Source: a virus. From it: a DNA stretch of 64,000 bases. The notes below the pieces were generated by a model. That model saw only the letters and a list, made by a program, of their open reading frames with translations, did no database searches and was not told where the DNA came from. Position 1 is the first letter of the stretch. Each line of letters opens with the position of its first letter. The DNA lies in IMG/VR virus record IMGVR_UViG_3300035698_018873, positions 3,755 through 67,754 of that record. One strand, written 5' to 3'. This document shows positions 45,996 through 56,117 of this stretch, piece by piece. A program made the position numbers and the translations under genes.

Positions 45996-46892
45996 CTAAG
46001 TTGATGGGATGGAAGTATCTCTTATTAAGTCGTAGGTTTCTCCAGGAATTTTGACTTCGCCAGATGGTCCAATAAGCCCTTCTTTAATAATCATAGGCTT
46101 GGATAATATATTAGGAACAATTTTAGTTGGAGTGGGAAGCCACCCTTCCATCTTGACAGAAACAGACTTTTTAACATATGTTTTCGTCTCTGAATCGGCT
46201 TCCAATTCAGAAATATCAGAACTACTACCTGGGTGAAGTATGACTTCTTGAATTAACCCCATAGATTCATCTTCAATATAGTAAGATGCTACAGGATTAA
46301 TCCTTGATAAAATCGAATACAAAGCATATTCAGCTTCGCTTTTGTGTTCAGCCCATATTTCTAATGTATAGTCAATAAGATATGGAACTGGCCTATAGAT
46401 CAATTCTGATTTTCTGGTGCAATTTTTGAAATTTCTAGCAATACTTCTTATGGGTGGTGTATATCTTTTAGAATCAAAATTTTCAGAAGTTCTAGATATA
46501 GCCAATATGGGTAAAGCAAGTCTGCCACCAACAAGATTTTTATCAGAATGAATCAATGCTTCTGGGTCTGCTCCAGCAATTCTTACTGGCATTATTTTAT
46601 ATTCTTCAGTACCTTTGCCAACTGGCACTCTTATCCCAGAAAAATAGTTTTTAATCCCTCTGTCCATCAACTTAAAAGCTGGAACATACGCTTCTCTCAC
46701 TTCTTCCACAAAGTTTATATCTATTGTGTCATCAACAGCCGATACACAATTTTCGCAAACATCTTCCCAATCTCTTGGATCATTATGTCTAGCTGCAGGA
46801 TCACCAGCCGACTTTTGATGATCAGGAACATAGCTCTGAACTTCTTCTTGGCCAACTGGAAATTCGCTAAAGTCAAAGCTGTGGATTGTCAT
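45996..46892 (-). CDS. Tail completion/sheath stabilizer (gp15-like)
   Basis: LPILAISR..FDSKR, PVPYLIDYTLEIW, EGWL. Confidence 0.75.
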   Translation of the reverse strand: MTIHSFDFSEFPVGQEEVQSYVPDHQKSAGDPAARHNDPRDWEDVCENCVSAVDDTIDINFVEEVREAYVPAFKLMDRGIKNYFSGIRVPVGKGTEEYKIMPVRIAGADPEALIHSDKNLVGGRLALPILAISRTSENFDSKRYTPPIRSIARNFKNCTRKSELIYRPVPYLIDYTLEIWAEHKSEAEYALYSILSRINPVASYYIEDESMGLIQEVILHPGSSSDISELEADSETKTYVKKSVSVKMEGWLPTPTKIVPNILSKPMIIKEGLIGPSGEVKIPGETYDLIRDTSIPST

Positions 46893-47155
46893 AATATTGA
46901 ATTAACCCATTTCTGGTTGTTTATGTCTTCATAAACCTCATCAAAATAAATTTTACCTTCTGCCATTTCATCTTTACTATCAATGTCAGAAAAAACCATT
47001 GTATTATCAGACGATATTGTTATATCTTTCTTACTTAAGCCTTTCTCCGTTAATTTTTTAACAATATCAACAGAAGCTTTTTCTAAAAACTTGTTTCTTA
47101 CCATAACAACTTCGTCAATTAAATCTTGTTGTAAGTCATTCCAATTAGTAATCAT
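46889..47155 (-). CDS. Hypothetical protein
   Basis: Coupled ORF. Confidence 0.6.
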   Translation of the reverse strand: MITNWNDLQQDLIDEVVMVRNKFLEKASVDIVKKLTEKGLSKKDITISSDNTMVFSDIDSKDEMAEGKIYFDEVYEDINNQKWVNSIL

Positions 47156-47742
47156 TGCTGAGGCCTTACTGTGAAGTCGCCAGTATCTAATTCAACCACA
47201 CAAGTCCAATACAACCACACATAATTAAAATTACCAGTATCTCTAGCTTCAACTACTCTAAATTTATTCGCTAATCCAGTCTTGCCATTAATAAATTCTG
47301 TGTTCTGAGTTTGCACTAGTGTATTATGTGGTACTTGTATCACATCTCCTTTCCTGATGAGTCTATCACCAAACAAATTAAAAAGTTCTGCTCTTGAATA
47401 GTTAATATTAAATTTAGCATTACTATCAATACCCCATTTAACTAAGGATGTTGACATTTCTTCAGGTTTAAACTGACCTCTAATAGTTAATGGCTCTACA
47501 AAAATTGGGTTATCGTCTTCTTCCCAAACTTCGTCTATTTCGCCCAAATTATTGCATCTCCTATATATAACAGTATCAGCACCAGATTGCTTTATGTAGG
47601 CTAACGCCTCTGCTTCTGCTCTCGCTATTTCTGGGTTATCTGGATTAAAAATAGACAGTTTACTATCTTGTAAATCATTAAATTGATAAGAAGAGCCAGC
47701 ATTCTGCATAGAAGAATAATCAAACGCATCGATGTCAGACAT
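47152..47742 (-). CDS. Neck protein (gp14-like)
   Basis: DEVWEED, KWGID, RKGDVI; start reassigned to ATG 47742 (GAGG SD). Confidence 0.7.
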   Translation of the reverse strand: MSDIDAFDYSSMQNAGSSYQFNDLQDSKLSIFNPDNPEIARAEAEALAYIKQSGADTVIYRRCNNLGEIDEVWEEDDNPIFVEPLTIRGQFKPEEMSTSLVKWGIDSNAKFNINYSRAELFNLFGDRLIRKGDVIQVPHNTLVQTQNTEFINGKTGLANKFRVVEARDTGNFNYVWLYWTCVVELDTGDFTVRPQQ

Positions 47743-48139
47743 CAGATAAACCTCTACTAAAATAATTAGAATCACAAGACTCTTTAGTATCGCATTCATT
47801 TTTAATTTGGCCAGTTGATGTTCTAGCTGCATCTTGTAAAATTTTATAATAATCGTTAACCACATTAGATGGACATGTATTGCCATCTGGTGGTGGCCCA
47901 TCTGGCAGTACAAACCATTTATCATGGCCAAAAGATCCAGATGTTGGGCCAGCATATGGGATTTTTATTTTAGACCCAGGTATCAATTCTAACGCTATAT
48001 CAACATCCAAATAATAATTTGACCCAATCATCGCTATGGACAGATTGTTAGTAGTCTGTTCTGACAAGGGTTCAAATCCTGGAACACGAACTTGATTACC
48101 TATGACCAGCAAATAATTTTGTATTTTTATGTTTCTCAC
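47735..48139 (-). CDS. Hypothetical protein in the neck module
   Basis: AAATATA-N4-GTG; coupled to the gp14-like gene. Confidence 0.6.
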   Translation of the reverse strand: MRNIKIQNYLLVIGNQVRVPGFEPLSEQTTNNLSIAMIGSNYYLDVDIALELIPGSKIKIPYAGPTSGSFGHDKWFVLPDGPPPDGNTCPSNVVNDYYKILQDAARTSTGQIKNECDTKESCDSNYFSRGLSDV

Positions 48140-48181
48140 ATATTATATTTGAACAAAAAGAAAAACATCAAAACAAATAAT

Positions 48182-48934
48182 TTAGAACGGATAAATGCCT
48201 GGAGGTTCAGTCAACAATAAAGCGTCTTCTTCAACTTTACGTTTTTCTTCTCTTCCCCAAGTCAATAAGTCTTCCCCGTTAAAAGTTGTCGTCCCACCGT
48301 CAGGAGTCGGGAGGGCTCTCTTAGATCTAATATTGCCAAGTATCATAGCACATTCAGCAATTGCCATTCTCTTGAGAAGTTCTTTAGACCATGGTGTTCT
48401 AAATTCAGTAATGCATGGAAAGTATTCAACAAAAACTGGATATGTTCCTCTGGGTATTGGAGTAAGCCTTATTTTATTATTCCCTTTTACTTCCCATCTG
48501 CCCTCAGTACCCAAAATTCGTTGACTAAACTTTCGATACGACTGCAACAAATGGTAATCGAGTAAAAGCCCTTGTAAGCCAGTAACATTACCTATATTAA
48601 ATAAAAATGATTCAGCACCAAATATGTCACCAATTCTAGTAACTGATGGGTCCCATACAACTTGTTTTATCCAATATGCATCTGGTGGTAATTCATATTC
48701 ATTAATTAGTGGCTTAGTATAAAAGGTAGCAATCTTCTCTTCAAAAGGAAAGTATCCAGCAATAAAATTGCCGACACTTCTGAATACTGTTTCAAAGTGG
48801 AAGTCTTCCAACTCAACTTGAACAGTCGGATAGCCAAAATGAGCTAATACCTCTTGTTTAGTTGGGTTTGTGTCCAGTTTTAAAACTGCACCACATCCTT
48901 GGCTGCTTGGTCTACCGTCGGGTCCGCAAATCAT
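48182..48934 (-). CDS. Neck protein (gp13-like)
   Basis: FGYPTVQVEL, ILGNIRSK..PDGGTTTFNG. Confidence 0.8.
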   Translation of the reverse strand: MICGPDGRPSSQGCGAVLKLDTNPTKQEVLAHFGYPTVQVELEDFHFETVFRSVGNFIAGYFPFEEKIATFYTKPLINEYELPPDAYWIKQVVWDPSVTRIGDIFGAESFLFNIGNVTGLQGLLLDYHLLQSYRKFSQRILGTEGRWEVKGNNKIRLTPIPRGTYPVFVEYFPCITEFRTPWSKELLKRMAIAECAMILGNIRSKRALPTPDGGTTTFNGEDLLTWGREEKRKVEEDALLLTEPPGIYPF

Positions 48935-48944
48935 AAATTATATT

Positions 48945-50684
48945 TTACACTTGTAGGTTTGTTCGTTCAATGAAGTATTGAACGTTTTGTGATCCAAGAA
49001 CATAAAGCTCATTAACTCCAATTCCATGAGGTCTGTCTTCTATTGGTGTAGAAGAATTTATGACAATGCCAAGAGCTGGGTAATCATCGGTTGGCTTATA
49101 TACCGTCAAATTGTTAACACCATTAACTTCTTGTATTGCCGTTATCAAAGTGCTTTTGTTGAAACCCTGACCCATTTCTATTTCTCTAACATCAAAAACG
49201 GCATTTATGGCAGCATTAACATTCTGCTTAACAATGGATGGATCAACATTCCTAGACACAACAACTGATATTTCTAAGTCAATAGGTTTAACAGCCCCAT
49301 CCAATATTCTTACTTCATCAGTGAAGACGTTTATTTGAGATAATTCTGTGCTTAAGGCTGTTTTTAGTCCTTTGTTTGGCACTACTGGCACATCTTCATT
49401 TTCTTGTAATATATATATTTCTATAATATTCATGTTAACATAATTTCCAAGAAGATACTTAGTAGCTTCCTCATCTGAACTTGCTTCTCTAACGTTTTTA
49501 ACAACAGTTTCTATATCTTTATCAATCCCAGTTCTGACAGATGCCGCTGCTTTTATTACAGACCCATAAACAGGGTGAGAAAAATTCTCTGACACCGTCA
49601 TGTAATCATCTTTAGTGGCAGCATTGTTATGGACAGCAAATTGTCTTGGCGCTCTATCTTTGGCTGATTTTAACGATTCTTCATCTTGACCACCACGTGA
49701 TGGATTTAAATTTCTAAATAAAATGTTTTGAGTAGCATATCCAGTTTGTGCTATCGGCTTAGATTCAGATATGGTCCCACTACCTATTCTGCCTCTTACA
49801 CCGCCACCAGTTCTATACACAACGCTTATTATTTGACCTTCTATTGGAGATTTACCAGTAACATTGTCTCCAAAAATGATTCTCATTCTGTTATCTAAAA
49901 ACTGAACCTCATACGACTCTTCATTACCAGTAGCTTGTTCAATAAATTCTACTCTTTCCCATTCTGTTTCTGACTTTCCGCTCGCCACAGAAACTTTGAT
50001 AGGTTCGTCCAAAACATTGTTAATCAAGATGTCTACTGTTTGATTTGGCTCGCCATTTGATACTTGTACCACTGGTGCAGCAAATTTTCCTTCAACAGCA
50101 AATGCTACAATTCCCCTTTTAGTTCTTGGTATTACAATATCACCGTTATAATCACCAGGCGAACCAAAAAGTTCATAATTGACAGCTGTACCATCTGGAC
50201 CAACAATGCTAAAAGACAATCCAGATGGTATTAACACATCAAAAGACGAAGGAACTGAGATGCTACATTCCACTTCAGCCACTGCTGGTGTTGCTCTAAG
50301 TAATTTATTACCTATCAATGACAGATGATTAGAAACTGCCGTTCTAGATTGCGCAGTAGGTAAAAACGCCTCATCAGCAATAATATCAGATCTCTCTGAT
50401 AAGATATTGCCGACAGAAGACACAACCTCCATGAACATTATGAATCCATTACTTAGTACAAAATCATTAAAATCTTCTGGAAAATAAACCCTTACATATT
50501 CAACCATTGCTCTACGTAAAGCAGAAAAATCAAGAGCAGAAAAATCAATCCTTCTCAACGCAGATGGAGGAAGCTGTACTCCTATTTCTTCTGGTTCCAT
50601 TGGTAAAGAAATAACAGTGTTAAAATCACCATTAGCAACTCTAGCTAATATTTCCACAGGGTTGTCATTGTCTTCATTCATCAA
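48945..50684 (-). CDS. gp6: Baseplate wedge subunit (gp6-like)
   Basis: DFSALDF, FNDF, EAFLPTAQ, FGDNVTGKSP, GGQDEES, AATKDDY. Confidence 0.88.
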   Translation of the reverse strand: MMNEDNDNPVEILARVANGDFNTVISLPMEPEEIGVQLPPSALRRIDFSALDFSALRRAMVEYVRVYFPEDFNDFVLSNGFIMFMEVVSSVGNILSERSDIIADEAFLPTAQSRTAVSNHLSLIGNKLLRATPAVAEVECSISVPSSFDVLIPSGLSFSIVGPDGTAVNYELFGSPGDYNGDIVIPRTKRGIVAFAVEGKFAAPVVQVSNGEPNQTVDILINNVLDEPIKVSVASGKSETEWERVEFIEQATGNEESYEVQFLDNRMRIIFGDNVTGKSPIEGQIISVVYRTGGGVRGRIGSGTISESKPIAQTGYATQNILFRNLNPSRGGQDEESLKSAKDRAPRQFAVHNNAATKDDYMTVSENFSHPVYGSVIKAAASVRTGIDKDIETVVKNVREASSDEEATKYLLGNYVNMNIIEIYILQENEDVPVVPNKGLKTALSTELSQINVFTDEVRILDGAVKPIDLEISVVVSRNVDPSIVKQNVNAAINAVFDVREIEMGQGFNKSTLITAIQEVNGVNNLTVYKPTDDYPALGIVINSSTPIEDRPHGIGVNELYVLGSQNVQYFIERTNLQV

Positions 50685-51100
50685 TTTCCTCTTTCACCAG
50701 CTGTTGGAATCATAAAAGTAACCAAAAGACTGTCAGAATTAGTGCTATCAAGCACAGTGCTTCCAAATACGGATACAACCATCATATTTGGGTTATTTGT
50801 GTCTTGATTTATATCAACACTAGACAATTTAATTCGTGGATGAAATTGTCTAGTTTGATCTCTTATCGATTCTTCTAATTCATCAAAACTTCCAGGGTCA
50901 TTTTGATCAAAAACAAAAGCGCCAATATTGCCGCCAAAGCTTGGCCTAAACAGCCTCTCTCCACGCAACGTTAATAGCCCTTGCAAATAATCATTTTTAA
51001 TTAGTCTACTGTTTTCTTGCCTCGGCAAAACACTAGTAGCACTGCCAAACAATGATTTACCTTTAAAAAACGGAAAATTAGATCCAAACCATTCAGCCAT
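50681..51100 (-). CDS. gp25: Baseplate wedge subunit (gp25-like)
   Basis: LLTLRGERLFRPSFG, FHPRI. Confidence 0.9.
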   Translation of the reverse strand: MAEWFGSNFPFFKGKSLFGSATSVLPRQENSRLIKNDYLQGLLTLRGERLFRPSFGGNIGAFVFDQNDPGSFDELEESIRDQTRQFHPRIKLSSVDINQDTNNPNMMVVSVFGSTVLDSTNSDSLLVTFMIPTAGERGN

Positions 51101-51807
51101 TATCTCACAACCTCCCTGACCTTATAAATTTCATTTCTTAATTTATCAATTTCTGATTCAAGATGTTTTCTTTCGTCAGATAAACGTTGTTTTTCTTCGT
51201 TTAGATTGTCCAAATTATTTTTAACTTTAATTGCTTGTTTGCTATTAGGTCCAAGAACTAAAACAATGTTATCAAAAATTGCTTTTGAGTTGTTTATATT
51301 AGCTTGATTTAGTCTGATGTCATCAGAATTAGATTTTAAAGAAGACGACAAGCCAGATATTTCAATCGTTAATTCATCAAGTCTCTTAGTAGAACTTCTA
51401 GTTAATTCTTCATAGTCTTCTTTTGTTAAACCAGCACTAACAAAATCGACCACTTTAGTGTCTTGTCTTAAAGTTATATTGTTTAATTCATATGGGTCAG
51501 ACTTCTCTTCGCTGTCTTCAAATTCCAAAACTTGACCTATTTCAAATTGATTAACACCAGATCCAGAAGTAGATGGGCCAGAGTCAGTAACATCAAAAGT
51601 TAACTGACCTAAGAATTTCCTTCTTTCTTGTTTATTAAAAACTAAAGACGGTTCTTTCCTGATGATTTCTGCCACTGGTACTTGAACAAACTGCTCTCCA
51701 GATCTTGGCGGATCTTGCGTTGACACAGTAAAAGTGATATTTCCAACATCAGATGGTTTATGAGGTAATATGCTGTTATACAATCCGGTAGGCGCTTTTA
51801 TTATCAT
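51100..51807 (-). CDS. Hypothetical protein with C-terminal coiled coil
   Basis: Coupled between gp5 and gp25. Confidence 0.65.
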   Translation of the reverse strand: MIIKAPTGLYNSILPHKPSDVGNITFTVSTQDPPRSGEQFVQVPVAEIIRKEPSLVFNKQERRKFLGQLTFDVTDSGPSTSGSGVNQFEIGQVLEFEDSEEKSDPYELNNITLRQDTKVVDFVSAGLTKEDYEELTRSSTKRLDELTIEISGLSSSLKSNSDDIRLNQANINNSKAIFDNIVLVLGPNSKQAIKVKNNLDNLNEEKQRLSDERKHLESEIDKLRNEIYKVREVVR

Positions 51808-53870
51808 CCTCTAATAATCCCTTCCGACACTTTATTGTAAGGGCCATTGCCGACATACCCTCTATTTGTTGGTGTTAACGGCGGTTCATTCGGTGCTGTG
51901 TAATTGTCCGCACTTCCTCCCTTAGGAGATGGACCACCAGCACCAGGACCGCCCATGACACCTGGATGATGAGCACGCACAATAGCCCCATTTATTACAC
52001 CAGTAGTGCCTATACCAGAGCCGTCAGCAACAAACTGACCACCAGCTGCATTAATAACAAACTTACCGTCAGACTTAAATGATATCTTGCCAGCAGCATT
52101 GAACAAAATATCAGCATCAGATTTTATTTCAATTCCCTTTGATGCGTGTATTTGTATTTTTCCCTCTTTATTTCTTAGCAATATTACCTGGCTTGAGTCA
52201 TCAATCAATATAAATTTTTGCTCTCTAGGATCATGCCAAGCTGTGTGCCTATCAGTACTATTACATATTAAAGCTCTGTTATCTTTATCATTCATTTCAG
52301 TCCATATTTTACCAACACCACCCTGATTTCTAGATTCAAACCCTTGATTTATTCCTCCAGATGCTGGTGTTTTAAGTCTTAAAAATTTGTTGGCTAAGTC
52401 TAATTTACAATGAAATGTATCTTTTTGGGGATTAAATGTCATGGAAACATTGGTAGCAAACTCATTTTCTTTAAGCTTCTGCCAGTCTTCACTTATATGG
52501 GAGCTAGTATCAGTACATATCATCATGTAATCATATCTGTCATTTATTTCTATTATCTTAGACTTATGGGAGTACAACAAAGATCTATCTAACTGATCTT
52601 TTTCATTAACTTCAAATCCAAATCCACGTCCGTTTTTTCTACCCTTCAATAGCCATCCATTACCTCTTGGCGTCTCCAGCCCCTCAGCATCAGATTTGTC
52701 AGATCCTCTGTCATCAAGAACAAACTTAAAACCATATCTAGTAACAATTCTCATTTGTCTGGCATCTCTTCCCTGCCAGCTACTATCTTCATCATCAACT
52801 TTACCACCAATTTCATCAATTCTGTTTCTTCTGATAAACACATCAGACGATGGATCAGACCCCATATCCATAAATTGCATTAAATGACCAGCTTTGGTCC
52901 TGATTTTTAACCATCTTTCATCCCTACTGCCAAATTCTGATTGCTGCTTAGATGATCCAAACCAATCACCATCTCTACTAACACTAGATGTTGGACCCGA
53001 TTGCGCCCAACCAACATCTCTCATTTCAAATTTGTGACCATAACTAGTTCTTAGCTCCATCCTACGTTGGTCTCTGTTAGAGCTATCAGGTTCGTCTTCA
53101 TTAAGAGTTCTTACAAGATTATTTTGCCTTGTTTTTTCCAAATCATGGTCATCATCAAAATTTCCAGAAAAGTCATTATTCCATGTATACCCTTGGTCAC
53201 CAAATATGGCATAATGACCGTATTTAGTGACCCAGGCCATCATTTTTCTGTCTGGCTTGTTGATTTCTGGATTAGATTTTTTATTTTCAAATTCTGAATT
53301 AGATAAAGCATCAGTTCCAGCTGGCGCTGGCGCAACATTGTGTTCCGATGGATAAAATCCAGTTTCATCAATGACCATCATACTTCCGTATCGGTCCTTG
53401 ACCCCAACAGAATACGGTCTACCATCTTTTGGATAGTAGCTCTCCCATTCTATATTGTCAGTACTGACTGGTTTTCCTTCTTCGTCAACAAAAATGCCAG
53501 TTTTTTGATACAAGGAATGAAGTTTATAAAATCTTCTCCTAGTAGCTTCTGCATGACCAGTCCAAATTGGTCCATATGGGTGTTGTTTTTCAAAACTAAT
53601 CCAGATCATGTCACCTATTTTAGGTGCTGACCAACTACCAGTACCCTTACCACCATGCTCAAACGAGGGCACTGCCCAAGGACATTCTTCAGGTTTTAAA
53701 CTAAAATTATGCATTTCTGGCATCTTGAAACGCACTCTATACATATTCAAAGGGTCATTAGTCTCAACAACTAACGCCCTATACATTCCTGGATATCGGT
53801 CATAAAGCGTTTTCTGCTTACGATCGTAATTCAGTTTGCTGTAAATATTATGTAGATTGTCTTCTATCAT
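51804..53870 (-). CDS. gp5: Baseplate hub/spike (gp5/VgrG-like OB domain plus beta repeats)
   Basis: YRALVVETNDPL..RVRF..PWA..PKIGD.IWISFE; repeated T.xGH motifs. Confidence 0.85.
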   Translation of the reverse strand: MIEDNLHNIYSKLNYDRKQKTLYDRYPGMYRALVVETNDPLNMYRVRFKMPEMHNFSLKPEECPWAVPSFEHGGKGTGSWSAPKIGDMIWISFEKQHPYGPIWTGHAEATRRRFYKLHSLYQKTGIFVDEEGKPVSTDNIEWESYYPKDGRPYSVGVKDRYGSMMVIDETGFYPSEHNVAPAPAGTDALSNSEFENKKSNPEINKPDRKMMAWVTKYGHYAIFGDQGYTWNNDFSGNFDDDHDLEKTRQNNLVRTLNEDEPDSSNRDQRRMELRTSYGHKFEMRDVGWAQSGPTSSVSRDGDWFGSSKQQSEFGSRDERWLKIRTKAGHLMQFMDMGSDPSSDVFIRRNRIDEIGGKVDDEDSSWQGRDARQMRIVTRYGFKFVLDDRGSDKSDAEGLETPRGNGWLLKGRKNGRGFGFEVNEKDQLDRSLLYSHKSKIIEINDRYDYMMICTDTSSHISEDWQKLKENEFATNVSMTFNPQKDTFHCKLDLANKFLRLKTPASGGINQGFESRNQGGVGKIWTEMNDKDNRALICNSTDRHTAWHDPREQKFILIDDSSQVILLRNKEGKIQIHASKGIEIKSDADILFNAAGKISFKSDGKFVINAAGGQFVADGSGIGTTGVINGAIVRAHHPGVMGGPGAGGPSPKGGSADNYTAPNEPPLTPTNRGYVGNGPYNKVSEGIIRG

Positions 53871-53902
53871 CGCTTCCCGTCAACTTTATATTTTATGTAT
53901 CT

Positions 53903-54199
53903 ATGATTCTAACTCAAATGACTTATGAGAAAAAAGACGGCAAGAAAAATCTTGTTGTGCTAGTACTTGGCAAAAAAAACGAAAAGTTGGTTTGCATACT
54001 TGATAAAACAATATCTAAGCAAGACTCTGAAATGATAAGAAAAAATGCAGACAAATTAAACAACATGAGCATAGCCAACAAAATTATATGGTTTAAAGAT
54101 AATATTCCTAGTGCTTACAGAAAAGGGTATAGAGAGTTAATACCTAAAAAAATAACAATCATTAGATCATATTCGTTAACAAAAAACAAATACTTATAA
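53903..54199 (+). CDS. Basic hypothetical protein
   Basis: 98-aa ORF filling the gap between gp5 and primase. Confidence 0.6.
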   Translation: MILTQMTYEKKDGKKNLVVLVLGKKNEKLVCILDKTISKQDSEMIRKNADKLNNMSIANKIIWFKDNIPSAYRKGYRELIPKKITIIRSYSLTKNKYL

Positions 54200-55237
54200 A
54201 AATTCTCTTCCAGTAATTCCTTCAAATATTGTTTTCATTGTTGCTTTAATTTTATTCTTTTTAATATATTTTGCAGGATTCTCACCTCTTTTTTTCATAT
54301 CATTCCAATCTTCTTGTTCTTCTCTCGTTTTAGAATACGGAGGCAAACAATAATAAATATTCTTGAACAAATCACCTTTTCTTAATTTGCTTAGAGCCAA
54401 GTAATCTTTGACGATTGATTCTATTCCTGCCCCATCATTATCAGCTGCTAATATTACTGTATGTGGATTTAAAGCTAACAACAATTTTATTTGTCCTTTT
54501 TTTAATTTGGCTCCACCAGTGGCAACACAGCCAGGGCCAACAGACAGAGCATTAAAAATAGCTTCAGCAACAATCACTTCAGAACATGGTTCAACATCAT
54601 CAAATCCATACAAAAAATCACCTGCTGATTTTAGAGATCCTGGTGGAAAATTAAAAATCTTATCCATTTGTCTTCTTGACTGGTAAAAAACCAACATTCC
54701 ATATTGATAATACGGAACAACAATATTGGTTCCTAAATAATGGATATTGGCTCTGTGTATTACTTCCTTATCTAATCCTCTATCATTAAATAAATATCCA
54801 AAATTCATTTTCCATAACATACTGTCGTTTTTATTTCGCAATGACTTGCATCCAATTGGCAATTCTATCTCATGTTCTATTTCTTCTTCTATTTCTTCCG
54901 TACTTTTAGTATCACCTTCATAAACTATGACACCTCTACAAATTTCGTCAATTGCTTCTCTGACAGTTATATTTTTGTATTTTGAAACAAACCACACAAA
55001 AGAACCATCATATTGTTCATGATTTGGTCTAAAATCGTGAACAAGTGCTTTTTCTTTATTAATAGCCATACAAAAATTCGTATCGCCATCTGGATTACAA
55101 ACTCTGAATTGTTCTCCTTTGTCTTTGTATTCAAGATGCTTTGACAACCACAATTCTATTTGATCACCAGTAGGTTTTACAACTTGTTTTGATTTACTTT
55201 TAAATCTAATATAAGAATTGTTGGCTAGTTTATCCAT
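54194..55237 (-). CDS. DNA primase (gp61/DnaG-like)
   Basis: IVVPYY..FYQSR, LYGFD, TOPRIM VAEAIFNA and AADNDGAG, DWND. Confidence 0.85.
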   Translation of the reverse strand: MDKLANNSYIRFKSKSKQVVKPTGDQIELWLSKHLEYKDKGEQFRVCNPDGDTNFCMAINKEKALVHDFRPNHEQYDGSFVWFVSKYKNITVREAIDEICRGVIVYEGDTKSTEEIEEEIEHEIELPIGCKSLRNKNDSMLWKMNFGYLFNDRGLDKEVIHRANIHYLGTNIVVPYYQYGMLVFYQSRRQMDKIFNFPPGSLKSAGDFLYGFDDVEPCSEVIVAEAIFNALSVGPGCVATGGAKLKKGQIKLLLALNPHTVILAADNDGAGIESIVKDYLALSKLRKGDLFKNIYYCLPPYSKTREEQEDWNDMKKRGENPAKYIKKNKIKATMKTIFEGITGREFL

Positions 55238-55835
55238 TGAAATCATCCCCTAAAATGTTTCTTATATCTGACTTTCCAACAGATAATATGATCTTATTTC
55301 TAATTTTTACAAATTCAACCAACGATGGAAAATATTGCTTTTCATCTTGCGGTAATTTTTTATAAGATCCAAAGCATGACTTAGACACCGATATATAATA
55401 ATCTGTGATTTTTCCAGACATCTTCATAAAAGTTAAATTTCTAACACCATTCTTTCGTTTTCTATTTAGAAACGACAAATCGTCAGGCATTTTTTCTTTC
55501 ATGACCTTAATTTGATACAGCAAATCTTGTTCTAAAATAACATCCTCTTCCACTTTCTTTATACATATTTTAATAACATCGCTTCTTGATAGTAATGAAG
55601 CGCCACTAGACAATAATTTCTTTTTCTTAGCATACAACACTACTGCTTTTATCACTTCTTTTGATTCATCAACATCTAAACCATCTTCTTCGCATTTTTT
55701 TAAAAACGAGCTAAACCATCTATAATGGTACGTCTTAGTTATGTCCTTAGCCTTTGAAAATTTAAATCCTCTGCCAGCTTTAATCATACACTGTTTAAAG
55801 TGCACAGCCATCTCTAATACGTTTTTGTCAATCAT
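55230..55835 (-). CDS. Hypothetical protein (helicase-loader-like position)
   Basis: Helical basic ORF coupled to primase. Confidence 0.55.
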   Translation of the reverse strand: MIDKNVLEMAVHFKQCMIKAGRGFKFSKAKDITKTYHYRWFSSFLKKCEEDGLDVDESKEVIKAVVLYAKKKKLLSSGASLLSRSDVIKICIKKVEEDVILEQDLLYQIKVMKEKMPDDLSFLNRKRKNGVRNLTFMKMSGKITDYYISVSKSCFGSYKKLPQDEKQYFPSLVEFVKIRNKIILSVGKSDIRNILGDDFNG

Positions 55836-55868
55836 CACGTATATAAAATACCGAAGAAGGGTATAACA

Positions 55869-56117
55869 ATGACTGAGCAATTAGAACAAGAGCAATCAGA
55901 ACAAGAGCAACGAGAGCAAAAAAAAGAAAAGTTTGGAGAAGAATTAAATAGTCTTTTAAAAAAGCATGACATGAAAAAATATGTATCAATATTTGAAGAA
56001 TCTGGTGAATCTTGGACTTTTTTTAAAACAGATGATTTAATGGAAGCTACTAGAATATTAAAAATAGCTCACAACCAGTTTCATACAAGGGTCATGCAAG
56101 AGATTGGTGATCTATAG
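55869..56117 (+). CDS. Hypothetical protein
   Basis: 82 aa; GAAGG SD; EQEQ repeats. Confidence 0.6.
   Translation: MTEQLEQEQSEQEQREQKKEKFGEELNSLLKKHDMKKYVSIFEESGESWTFFKTDDLMEATRILKIAHNQFHTRVMQEIGDL

Noticed and set aside
47743-47955. N-terminal extension of the gp14-like ORF
   Set aside because: Overlaps the 47735..48139 gene in another frame; ATG 47742 has an SD
42124-53870. Extracellular contractile injection system or T6SS
   Set aside because: Capsid, portal, terminase, neck and replication genes show this is a true phage
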